A stretch of DNA of 64,000 nucleotides from Anaeramoeba ignava BMAN. Taxonomy: Eukaryota; Protista; Anaeramoebae. Shown here piece by piece: positions 52,845 to 64,000 of this stretch. Within the stretch, counting starts at the first letter, position 1; the number at the start of each line of letters is the position of its first letter. A program made the position numbers and the translations under genes. The stretch lies in contig JAPDFW010000095.1 in NCBI GenBank assembly GCA_028826165.1, positions 1 to 64,000 on the forward strand. The letters run 5' to 3'. Under the pieces are notes generated by a model. The model had not been told where the DNA came from. It worked only from the letters and a program-made list of their open reading frames with translations, and searched no databases.

Positions 52845-53818
52845 TCAATAATCAGTAATTAATTGTAAATCAAGACTATCCATTACAACTAAATTAAAAT
52901 TAAATTAAAATTAAATTAAAATTAAATTAAATTAAATTAAATTAAATTAAATTAAATTTACTTGGTTTAATTGGAACTGAAAACATAGAAAAAGTTATTA
53001 AACTAACTGGAATTAATTCTGTAATAATTAAATAAACAATATAAGAAATATATATTTGTTCTTTTGTAAATGAATCAGCTTTAACTTTAGCCATAATCAA
53101 AATAGGAATTCGAATTAAGAAACAAATTGTACAAATTACAAAAATAATTAAAAATTTTTTGGATTGTTTTTGATATTCTGAATTTTTTGATAATTTAACA
53201 CTATAAATTAAAAATCCAATTGAAACAATAACAAAACTTAAACAAATAAACCATCTTGAAACTTGATAGTTATAAAAAACTAGCCAAATATGAATTGATA
53301 TCAAAATAATATCAATAATAATAAAAATTGAAATGAATATTTTCTTTTTCTTTTTTTCATTATCATAATTTTCTGTAAATTTTTTGATTCGAATTTGATT
53401 TCTTTGTTTTTTTTGTAATGAAATGAAAATTATAAATTATTTTCTAAAATTTTAAATTGATTTGATTTGATTTTTGTACAAAGTAAAAACAATTAATAAA
53501 AAAGCTGTTACTAAAAGATTTGTTTCAAATCCAAGACTTTGATTTAGTTGTGATTCATAATTTGAACCAATTTTTGGAATTGTAAATAAAAGTAAAGTAA
53601 TAAATCTTGATAAAAAAAACAACCAAATTAAAAAGAAAAAAATCTAAAAATAATAAATTTTTTTGGAATTAAATTAAATTAAAGTTAAATTTTACTTTTT
53701 GATGTAAAAGTTGTTTTATCCTTTTCAATAAAAGAATCCATCTTGTTAAAGTTAAAATAAAGAATATAAAGTAAATTATTGAAATTAAAATATATAAAAT
53801 TTGAGCATAAGTTTCCAT
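52845..53818 (-). CDS. 7TM paralogue 5
   Basis: Starts METYAQIL; exon 3 is in ORF 52942-53304. Confidence 0.8.
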
Positions 53819-53912
53819 TTTTGAGAAGGAATTGAATTTGGAAAGAAAAATGAAAAATAAAAAAGAAAAAAAAAATTTTTTCTTTTCTCTTTTTCTTTTC
53901 TCTTTTTTTAAT

Positions 53913-54900
53913 TTAAAAATTATGTCTAAGTAACTCTAAATTTTCCATTAAAGCTAAAATAAAAAAGAACAAAAATTATTTAAACTTGAAATGGGGAAAA
54001 AAAATTATCCAAAAAATAAATGAAAAAATTTTTTTACCTGATTTAATTGGAATTTCAAAAATATAAAAAGTTATTAAACTAACAGGAATCAATTCTGTAA
54101 AAAGAATATCAATAATATCAATAATTTCGAGTTCAAGTTCAGTAATTGATTTTCTTTTAACTTCAAAAAATATCAAAATGGGAATTCGAATTAAGAAACA
54201 AATTGTACAAATTAAAAAAGTTTGTGAAAATTTTTTAGATTTTTTTTGATCTTCTGAATTTTTTGTTAATTTGACACTATAAATTAAAAATCCAATTGAA
54301 AGAAATAGAAAAATCAAACAAAGAAACCATCTTGAAATTGAAAAATTATCAAAAACTAAAAAAACATGAAATGATATCAAAATGATATCAAAAATAATAA
54401 AGAACAAGATCATTTTTTTCTTTTTTTCATTATCATAATTTTCTGAAAAAATTTTTATTCGAATTTGATTTCTTTTTTGTTTTTTTTTTTTGGAATGAAA
54501 ATAATAAATAATAAATAATAAATTTTTAAATTGTTGTTTTTGTTTACAAAGCAAAAATAATTAATAAAAAAGCTGTTATTAAAAGATTTGTTTCAATTCC
54601 AAGAAATTGATCTAATCTTAATAAATAATTTGAATAAATTTTTGGGATTCCAAATAAAAATAAAGTAATAAATCTTGCTAAGCAAAATAACCAAATTAAA
54701 AAGAAAAAAATCTAAAAATAATAATAAATTTTTTCAATTAAAAATTAAAATTAAATTAAAATTAAATTTAATTTTACTTTTTGATGTAAAAGTTGTTTTG
54801 TTCTTTTTAATAAAAGAATCCATCTTATTAAAGCAATAATAAAAAATATAAAGTAAATTATTGAAACTGCAATAAATAATGCTTGAGATTCGGTTTGCAT
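53913..54900 (-). CDS. 7TM paralogue 6
   Basis: Starts MQTESQAL; exon 3 is in ORF 53976-54554; tail ALMENLELLRHNF. Confidence 0.8.
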
Positions 54901-55020
54901 TTAATTATTAAAAAAAAAATGAAAAATTGAAGAAAAATGAAAAACAAAAAATAGAAAAAAATTTTTAAAAAGAAAAATTTATTCCTTTCGAAATAATTAA
55001 TGAAAAATAAATAATAAAAT

Positions 55021-56650
55021 TCAATCAGCATTAAATTGAAGTAATTGAAGATTTATGTTTTCCAAGTGGACTAAAAATAAAATAAATTTTTGGATTAAAT
55101 TTATATTTAGATTTATAATAAATTTTTATTTGAATTTTTATTTGAATTTTTATAATAAATTTTTAGATTAAATTTATATTAAATTTTTAGATTAAATTTA
55201 TATTTAATTTTTGGATTAATTTTTGGATTAAATTTTTGGATTGAATTTATATTGAATTTTTGGATTAAATTTATATTAAATTTTTATTTGAATTTTTATT
55301 TGAATTTTTATATTGAATTTATATTAAATTTATATTAAATTTATATTTGAATTTATATTAAATTTTTATATTAAATTTTTGGATTAAATTTATAATAAAT
55401 TTTTGGATTAAATTTTCATATTTAATTTTTGGATTAAATTTAGATTAAATTTATATTAAATTTATAGATTAAATTTTTAGATTAAATTTTTGGATTAAAT
55501 TTATATTAAATTTATATTTAATTTTTAGATTAAATTTATATTAAATTTTTGGATTAAATTTAGATTAAATTTATATTTAATTTTTATATTAAATTTTTGG
55601 ATTAAATTTTTGGATTAAATTTTTGGATTAAATTTATATTAAATTTATATTAAATTTTTGGATTAAATTTTTAGATTAAATTTAGATTAAATTTAGATTA
55701 AATTTATATTAAATTTATATTAAATTTTTGGATTAAATTTTTATTGAATTTTGATTTAAAAAATTACCTGATTTAATTGGTTTTTGAAAAATATAAAAAG
55801 TTATCAAAATAACAGGAATTAATTCTGAAATTCCATAAAAAATATTAATTAATGCAATATTTGTTGAACTAAGTGTTTTTCCCTTTATTTCTATAAATAT
55901 TAAAAAGGGGATCTTAATAGCGAAAAAAAAAGTGCAAATACCAAAAATAACTGGAAATTTTTTAAGTTGTTTTGAATATTCTGAATCTTCTGAATTTTTT
56001 GATAATTTAACACTATAAATTAAAAATCCAATTGAAACAATAACAAAACTTGACACAAGAATCCATTCAGAAACACCAAAATTTTCAAAAACTAATGTAA
56101 CATGAATTGTTATAAAAATGATATCAAAAATAATAAAAATTAAAATCAACATTTTTTTCCTTCTTTTTGCATTTGGATCATCTAAAAAGTTTTTAGCTTT
56201 AAATTGATTTCTTTTTTTTTTTTTTTTTGGAAAGAATAAGAAAAAAAAACCAAATAAAAATTTTGTTTTTTTAAATAATAATTCAATTTAATTTTTACAA
56301 AGCAAATATAATCAATAAATAAGCTGTATTTAAAATATTAACTTCAATTTCAAGAGTTTGATTTAATTCCAAATCATCACCAGAAAAATTTCTTTTGATT
56401 GAAAATGTAATTAAAGTAATAATTCGAACCAAACAAAATAACCAAATTAAAAAGAAAAAAATCTATAATAATAATTTAATTTTAATTTAATTTTTTGGAA
56501 CGAATTTAAATTAAAATTAAAATTAACTTTTTGATGTAAAAGTTGTTTTGTTCTTTTTAATAAAAGAATCCATCTTATTAAAGCAATAATAAATACTACG
56601 AAATAGAGTATTGAGAAAAAAATTACTACTATTATAATTGGAGTTTCCAT
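55021..56650 (-). CDS. 7TM paralogue 7
   Basis: ORFs 56447-56650 and 55733-56152; intron 3 is ~0.7 kb of satellite. Confidence 0.8.
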
Positions 56651-56761
56651 TTAAAAAAAAAATTTGAAAAGAAAAAATGAAAAAAAATTTTATTCCAATT
56701 ATTTTCTTTTCAAAAAAATAACAGAAACAGAAACAGAAACAAAATTGACAAAAAATAAAAT

Positions 56762-59692
56762 TCAATCAGCATTAAATTGAAGTAATTGAAGATTTATGCT
56801 TTCCATTACAACTAAAAAAATAAATTTTTTAATTTTTGGATTAAATTTATATTAAATTTTTGGATTAAATTTTTGGATTAAATTTATATTAAATTTATAT
56901 TAAATTTATATTAAATTTATATTGAATTTATATTAAATTTATATTAAATTTTTGGATTAAATTTAGATTAAATTTTTGGATTAAATTTATATTTAGATTT
57001 ATATTAAATTTTTGGATTAAATTTATATTAAATTTATATATTAAATTTTTAGATTGAATTTATATTAAATTTTTGGATTAAATTTTTAGATTAAATTTTT
57101 GGATTAAATTTTTGGATTAAATTTATATTAAATTTTTAGATTAAATTTTTGGATTAAATTTATATTAAATTTATATTAAATTTTTAGATTAAATTTATAT
57201 TAAATTTATATTAAATTTTTGGATTGAATTTATATTAAATTTTTGGATTAAATTTATATTAAATTTTTGGATTAAATTTATATTAAATTTATATTAAATT
57301 TATATTAAATTTTTAGATTAAATTTATATTGAATTTTTGGATTAAATTTATATTTAATTTTTATATTAAATTTTTAGATTAAATTTATATTAAATTTTTA
57401 TATTAAATTTTTAGATTAAATTTATATTAAATTTATATTAAATTTTTGGATTAAATTTATATTAAATTTATATATTAAATTTTTAGATTGAATTTATAAA
57501 TATATTAAATTTTTGGATTAAATTTTTAGATTAAATTTTTGGATTAAATTTTTGGATTAAATTTTTGGATTAAATTTATATTAAATTTATATTAAATTTA
57601 TATTAAATTTTTGGATTAAATTTATATTAAATTTTGGATTAAATTTATATTAAATTTTTGGATTAAATTCCATAATAAATTTTTGGATTAAATTTAGATT
57701 AAATTTATATTAAATTTTTGGATTAAATTTTTGGATTAAATTTATATTAAATTTATATTAAATTTTTGGATTGAATTTATATTAAATTTTTGGATTAAAT
57801 TTTTAGATTAAATTTTTAGATTAAATTTTTAGATTAAATTTATATTTAATTTAGATTAAATTTATATTAAATTTATATTAAATTTATAATAAATTTTTGG
57901 ATTAAATTTTTGGATTAAATTTATATTAAAATTTTTAGATTAAATTTATATTTAATTTAGATTAAATTTATATTAAATTTATATTAAATTTATATTAAAT
58001 TTTTGGATTAAATTTTTGGATTAAATTTATATTAAATTTTTAGATTAAATTTAGATTAAATTTATATTAAATTTTTAGATTAAATTTTTAGATTAAATTT
58101 ATAATAAATTTTTAGATTAAATTTATATTAAATTTTTAGATTAAATTTATATTAAATTTTTAGATTAAATTTATATTAAATTTATAATAAATTTTTGGAT
58201 TAAATTTATATTAAATTTTTGGATTAAATTTATATTAAATTTATATTAAATTTATATTAAATTTTTAGATTAAATTTATATTAAATTTATAATAAATTTA
58301 TATTAAATTTTTGAATTAAATTTATATTAAATTTTTAGATTAAATTTTTAGATTAAATTTTTAGATTAAATTTTTAGATTAAATTTTTAGATTAAATTTT
58401 TAGATTAAATTTTTAGATTAAATTTTTATATTAAATTTATATTAAATTTTTGGAATAAATTTTTAGATTAAATTTTTAGATTAAATTTTTATATTAAATT
58501 TATATTTAATTTATATTAAATTTATATTAAATTTATATTAAATTTATAATAAATTTTTGGATTAAATTTTTGGATTAAATTTATATTAAATTTTTGGATT
58601 AAATTTATATTAAATTTATAATAAATTTATATTAAATTTTTAGATTAAATTTATATTAAATTTTTAGATTAAATTTATATTAAATTTTTAGATTAAATTT
58701 ATATTAAATTTTTAGATTAAATTTATATTTAATTTTTAGATTAAATTTTTGGATTAAATTTTTATTGAATTTATATTGAATTTGGATTTAAAAAAATTAC
58801 CTGATTTAATTGGTTTTTGAAAAATATAAAAAGTTATAAAAATAAGTGGAACTAATTCTGAAATTCCATAAAAAATATTAATTAATGCAATAGTTGTTGA
58901 ACTAAGTGTTTTTCCCTTTATTTGTAAAAATAACAAAAATGGAATTCTAATAACGAAAAAAAAAGTGCAAATACCAAAAATAATTGACATTTTTTTAAGT
59001 TGTTTTGAATCTTCTGAATCTTTTGAATTTTTTGATAATTTAACACTATAAATTAAAAATCCAATTGAAACAATAACAAAACTTGACACAAGAATCCATT
59101 CAGAAACACCAAAATTTTCAAAAACTAATGTAACATGAATTGTTATAAAAATGATATCAAAAATAATAAAAATTAAAATCAACATTTTTTTCCTTCTTTT
59201 TGCATTTGGATCATCTAAAAAGTTTTTAGCTTTAAATTGATTTCTTTTTTTTTTTTTTTTTTTTTTTTTTTGGAAAGAATAAGAAAAAAAACCAAATAAA
59301 AATTTTGTTTTTTTAAATAATAATTCAATTTAATTTTTACAAAGCAAATATAATCAATAAATAAGCTGTATTTAAAATATTAATTTCAATTTCAAGAGTT
59401 TGACTTAATTCTAAATCATTATCAGAAAAATTTCTTTTGATTGAAAATGTAATTAAAGTAATAATTCGAACCAAACAAAATAACCAAATTAAAAAGAAAA
59501 AAATCTATAATAATAATTTAATTTTAATTTAATTTTTTGGAACGAATTTAAATTAAAATTTAATTTAACTTTTTGATGTAAAAATTGTTTTGTTCTTTTT
59601 AATAAAAGAATCCATCTTATTAAAGCAATAATAAATATTGCGAAATAAATTATTGAAAAAATAACTACTACTATTAAGTTTGGAGTTTCCAT
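56762..59692 (-). CDS. 7TM paralogue 8 (near-duplicate of paralogue 7)
   Basis: ORFs 59489-59692 and 58754-59185; intron 3 is ~2 kb of the same satellite. Confidence 0.8.
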
Positions 59693-59815
59693 TTCAATGA
59701 AAAAAAGAAAAGAAAAAATGAAAAAAAAAAATGAAAAAAATTTTTTTTTTGGAATTTTGAAATTTTTATTTTCTTAATTAATCAAACAAATTGAAAACAA
59801 AAATCAAATCAATTT

Positions 59816-62249
59816 CTAAACTTTTTCTTCTTTTTTTTCAAAATCAATATTTTTGTTATCAATTAGAAGATTTTCATTTTCTGTTTCATCCATTACTTGA
59901 TATGTTTTTGTTTCTCGAGGTTTATCAGCTCCTATTTTAAAATTCATTTATAAAATTTAATTCATTTATAAAATTCAATTCATTTATAAAATTAAAATCG
60001 GATAAAAATTAAAATTCAATTCATTTATAAAATTAAATTCATTTATAAAATTTAATTCATTTATAAAATTTAATTCATTTATAAAATTCAAATTTAATTC
60101 ATTTATAAAATTAAATTCATTTATAAAATTAAAATCGGATAAAAATTAAAATTCAATTCATTTATAAAATTAAAATTCAATTCATTTATAAAATTAAATT
60201 CATTTATAAAATTTAATTCATTTATAAAATTCAAATTTAATTCATTTATAAAATTTAATTTAATTCATTTATAAAATTCATTTCTAAAATTAAAATTTAA
60301 TTCATTTATAAAATTAAAATTCAATTCATTTCTAAAATTAAATCATTTATAAAATTAAATTCATTTATAAAATTTAATTCATTTATAAAATTCAATTCAT
60401 TTATAAAATTTAAATTCAATTATAAAATTTAATTCATTTATAAAATTAAATTCATTTATAAAATTTAATTCATTTATAAAATTAAATTCATTTATAAAAT
60501 TAAAATTTAATTCATTTATAAAATTAAATTCATTTATAAAATTAAATTCATTTATAAAATTAAATTCATTTATAAAATTCAATTCATTTATAAAATTAAA
60601 ATTAAATCATTACTTTCTAAAGATGAATAAATTACAAACAAGAACAACAAAATTGGAAGAACTTCAGCAATAACTAAATTAGCCAAAAGAAGAGAACACC
60701 ATTGTTCATTTGTTAAATCATCTGAGAAACCATTAAGATAAACTGCCAAAGGAATACGAATTAAAAAGCAAATAGAAGAAAGAATAAGAACAATGAAAAT
60801 TTTTTTTAAAAGTATTGCTATTCCAGTTGCTTTGGCTTGATTGAAAAAATATCGAGAATAAAAAACAAAAAAAACTCCACAAATAAATATTGAAGTTGCT
60901 AAAAAAATTGTTGCTGCAATAAAATGTGTAAATGTTAAATATAGATGTATTCCAACTACAAGAATAAAAAAACTTATAAAAATCCAAAATGGATGGAATT
61001 TTTTTCCTTCTTTTCTCAGTTCTTCACTAGAAAATGTAAAACAATGATTTTGAAATTGATTTTGAAATTGATTTTGATTTTGAAATTGATTTTGATTTTG
61101 AATTTGAAATTGATTTTGAAATTGATTTTGAAATTGATTTTGATTTTGAAATTGATTTTGAAATTGAAATTGATTTCGAATTTGAAATTGATTTTGAAAT
61201 TGAAATTGATTTTGAAATTGATTTTGATTTTGATTTTGATTTTGAAATTGATTTTGAATTTGAATTTGAATTTGATTTTAATTTTGATTTTGATTTTGAT
61301 TTTGATTTTGAAATTGATTTTGATTTTGAAATTGATTTTGATTTTGAAATTGATTTTGAAATTGAAATTGATTTTGATTTTGAATTTGATTTTGAATTTG
61401 ATTTTGAAATTGATTTTGAAATTGATTTTGAAATTGATTTTGATTTTGATTTTGATTTTGAAATTGATTTTGAAATTGATTTTGAAATTGATTTTGAAAT
61501 TGATTTTGATTTTGATTTTGATTTTGATTTTGATTTTGAAATTGAAATTGATTTTGATTTTTGATTTTGATTTTGATTTTGATTTTGATTTTGATTTTGA
61601 AATTGATTTTGAAATTGATTTTGAAATTGATTTTGATTTTGAAATTGATTTATATTTATATTTATATTTATATTTATATTTATATTTATATTTATATTTA
61701 TATTTATATTTATATTTATATTTATATTTATATTTATATTTATATTTATATTTATATTTATATATATATATTGATATTTATATTTATATTTATATTTATA
61801 TTTATATTTATATTTATATTTATATTTATATTTATATTTATATTTATATTTATATTTTGAATTTGATTTGGAGAATACTTACAGACCTAAAAATAATAAT
61901 AAAAAAGCTGCAACAAATAAATTGGTTTCAAATGCTATAATATGATTAATTATTGAATCATTTTTATTTTTTTCATAATAAGAAATATCAACAAGAAAAG
62001 TAATAGTTCTAGCAAGAAGAAAAACAGTCATTAAAGCATAAAAAAGCTTTTAATTAAAAAAAATAAGTAAAATAAATAATAAATAAATAAAAAATTATAA
62101 GCTTTTACATGCAAAACCCAAGAAGGAATTGTTGTATTTTCTTTTATTTTTTTAGTAATAATTCCATTTATCCAAAAAATTAAAATAAGTGCAAATAACA
62201 TTAAATAAATTAATGCAGAAGCTACATCAATATAACTAGAACCATGCAT
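59816..62249 (-). CDS. 7TM paralogue 9 (most divergent, longer acidic tail)
   Basis: Reads [16 protein letters not shown].., [20 protein letters not shown] and IAEVLP. The last exon is [26 protein letters not shown]. Confidence 0.7.
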
Positions 62250-62339
62250 TGAATTATTATTTTTATAAAAAAATGGAAAAAAAAAATGAAAAACGGAAAA
62301 TTATTTTTATTTTTGCTTTTTTTTTAAATCAAAAAAAAA

Positions 62340-62897
62340 ATGGATTCAAATTCAATTATAAAAATCTGTACAAAAGGAAAAATTTCAAATTATGTTAAAT
62401 ATGGAAACCAATTAATTGAAAATGGAAATAAAAAAATAACGATAGTTGGTGTTGGAAATGTGATGAATAAAGTTGTTTCTGTTGCAGAAATTCTTAAAAG
62501 AAAAAATCCAAAATTTCATCAAATAAATTCGATTCAATTTGTTGAAATAGAAACTCCCTCGTAAACAATTATAAAAACACATAAAAAAATATTACATTCT
62601 CAACAAATTAATCATTCCACTTTTTTTTACTGAAATCTAATTATTTTTTTTCTTCTTCAAAATTCCAAAAATCTTGATTAAATATTTTCAATTTTCAGGA
62701 AAACTACAAAAAAAATACCTTCAATTTCTATTTTTCTATCATTAGAAAAACCCGAAAATACTGCGTTAGGTTATCAAGCACCTTTAGAAGAAGAGAAAAA
62801 TGAAGAAATTCGAAGATTAGGTCCATTTATTGATATGAAAAAAGAACAAAAAAATTTTAATCAAATATCAAAAAAAAAATCTCAAGATTTTCAATAA
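62340..62897 (+). CDS. Alba-domain protein, Rpp25/Pop6-like
   Basis: KISNYVKYG..ITIVGVGNVMNKVVSVAEILKRK..HQINSI; intron 62562-62698; then IPSISIFLS..GYQAP. Confidence 0.85.
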
Positions 62898-63029
62898 TAT
62901 AAACAAAAAAAATATCATTTCTAACATTGGATTATTTTTAAAATTTTGTCTATAATCATTTTTTAAAGAAGAAAAGATAATTTGAAATTGATTTTTATGA
63001 TTAAAATTTTTTCTATTTTGGAACAAATT

Positions 63030-63039
63030 ATTACGTCAT
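63030..63039. promoter_or_regulatory. CRE-like ATTACGTCAT upstream of GCN1
   Basis: One mismatch from ATGACGTCAT, 88 bp upstream of the ATG at 63127. Confidence 0.4.
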
Positions 63040-63126
63040 TCAAAAAAAAAAAATTTTTTTTTATTTTTTATTTTTTCATTTTTTTATTTTTTTTCTTTCA
63101 TTTTTAAAATAAAAAAAAAATAATAA

Positions 63127-63444
63127 ATGGATTCAAATCAAATTTTAAAAGAAGATTGGAAACAATTTTTAATTGAAGGTTGGAAATTTATTACAGCTAG
63201 TTCAGTTTTAAAAAGAAAGGAAATTATTTTAAATTTAATGAAATGTTTGTCAATGTCAGAAACAATGCCAATGCCAGATAAAACAATTTCTTTTTTTTCA
63301 AAATTAATATTTTCGACATTAGCAATTTATCATGAAAGAGAATCAAGATTAATTATTGAGAAATTAATTGAAGAATTAGTGAAAACTAAGTTTAAAACGA
63401 AAAGTTCAAAATTTTTTGTGTTATTTTTTTTGAATATGGTGTAA
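63127..63444 (+). CDS. GCN1: GCN1 translational regulator, first exon (partial; continues beyond the satellite intron and window)
   Basis: ITASSVLKRKEIILNLMKC...KLIFSTLAIYHERESRLIIEKLI matches the GCN1 N-terminal pattern (TxSVKxR...TLxxYxDxxSR). Confidence 0.7.
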   Translation: MDSNQILKEDWKQFLIEGWKFITASSVLKRKEIILNLMKCLSMSETMPMPDKTISFFSKLIFSTLAIYHERESRLIIEKLIEELVKTKFKTKSSKFFVLFFLNMV

Positions 63445-64000
63445 AATTCATTTTAAATATTAAATTTATTTTAATTTTATTTTAATTTCATTTTAATTCA
63501 TTTTAATTTATTTTAATTCATTTTAATTTATTTTAATTTATTTAATTCATTTTAATTTCATTTTAATTCATTTTAAATATTAAATTTATTTTAATTTCAT
63601 TTTAATTCATTTTAATTCATTTAATTCATTTTAATTCATTTTAATTCATTTTAATTCATTTTAATTCATTTTAAATATTAAATTTAATTCATTTTAATTC
63701 ATTTTAAATTTATTTTAAATATTAAATTTATTTTAAATATTAAATTTATTTTAATTTCATTTTAATTTCATTTTAATTTCATTTTAATTTCATTTTAATT
63801 CATTTTAATTCATTTTAAATATTTTAATTCATTTTAATTCATTTTAAATTTATTTTAATTCATTTTAATTTCATTTTAAATTCATTTTAATTTCATTTTA
63901 ATTCATTTTAATTCATTTTAATTCATTTTAAATCATTTTAAATCATTTTAAATTCATTTTAATTCATTTTAATTCATTTTAATTCATTTTAATTCATTTT

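Overview
This is a very AT-rich, intron-containing eukaryotic window. Its style (N/Q tracts, satellite-filled GT-AG introns, BTB/ankyrin/RCC1 proteins, a nuclear intein) fits an anaerobic metamonad protist such as Anaeramoeba; this assignment is inference only. Recognisable genes include a long ankyrin protein, a degenerate Ras-like-BTB-BTB protein, eIF5B, eIF3j, a divergent mitochondrial-carrier-like protein, a CH-domain protein, RPAP2/Rtr1, MTMR14, SMCR8, RCC1-BTB, a BTB protein, a RING-H2 ligase, an ependymin-like protein, Alba/Rpp25 and the start of GCN1. There are also nine paralogues of a four-exon 7TM (TOM1/GPR137-like) family. Two selfish elements stand out. (1) A 333-aa intein with a decayed LAGLIDADG region splits the eIF5B P-loop (8195-9193). 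(2) A 3.47-kb DNA transposon (43456-46923; GAG...CTC ends, ATAT target duplication, Sola2-like DDD transposase) sits in an intron of a 7TM gene. Its transposase can be spliced in frame to a USP/C19 deubiquitinase domain with an intact catalytic triad. Many host genes carry single-base frameshifts in homopolymers, probably assembly errors.
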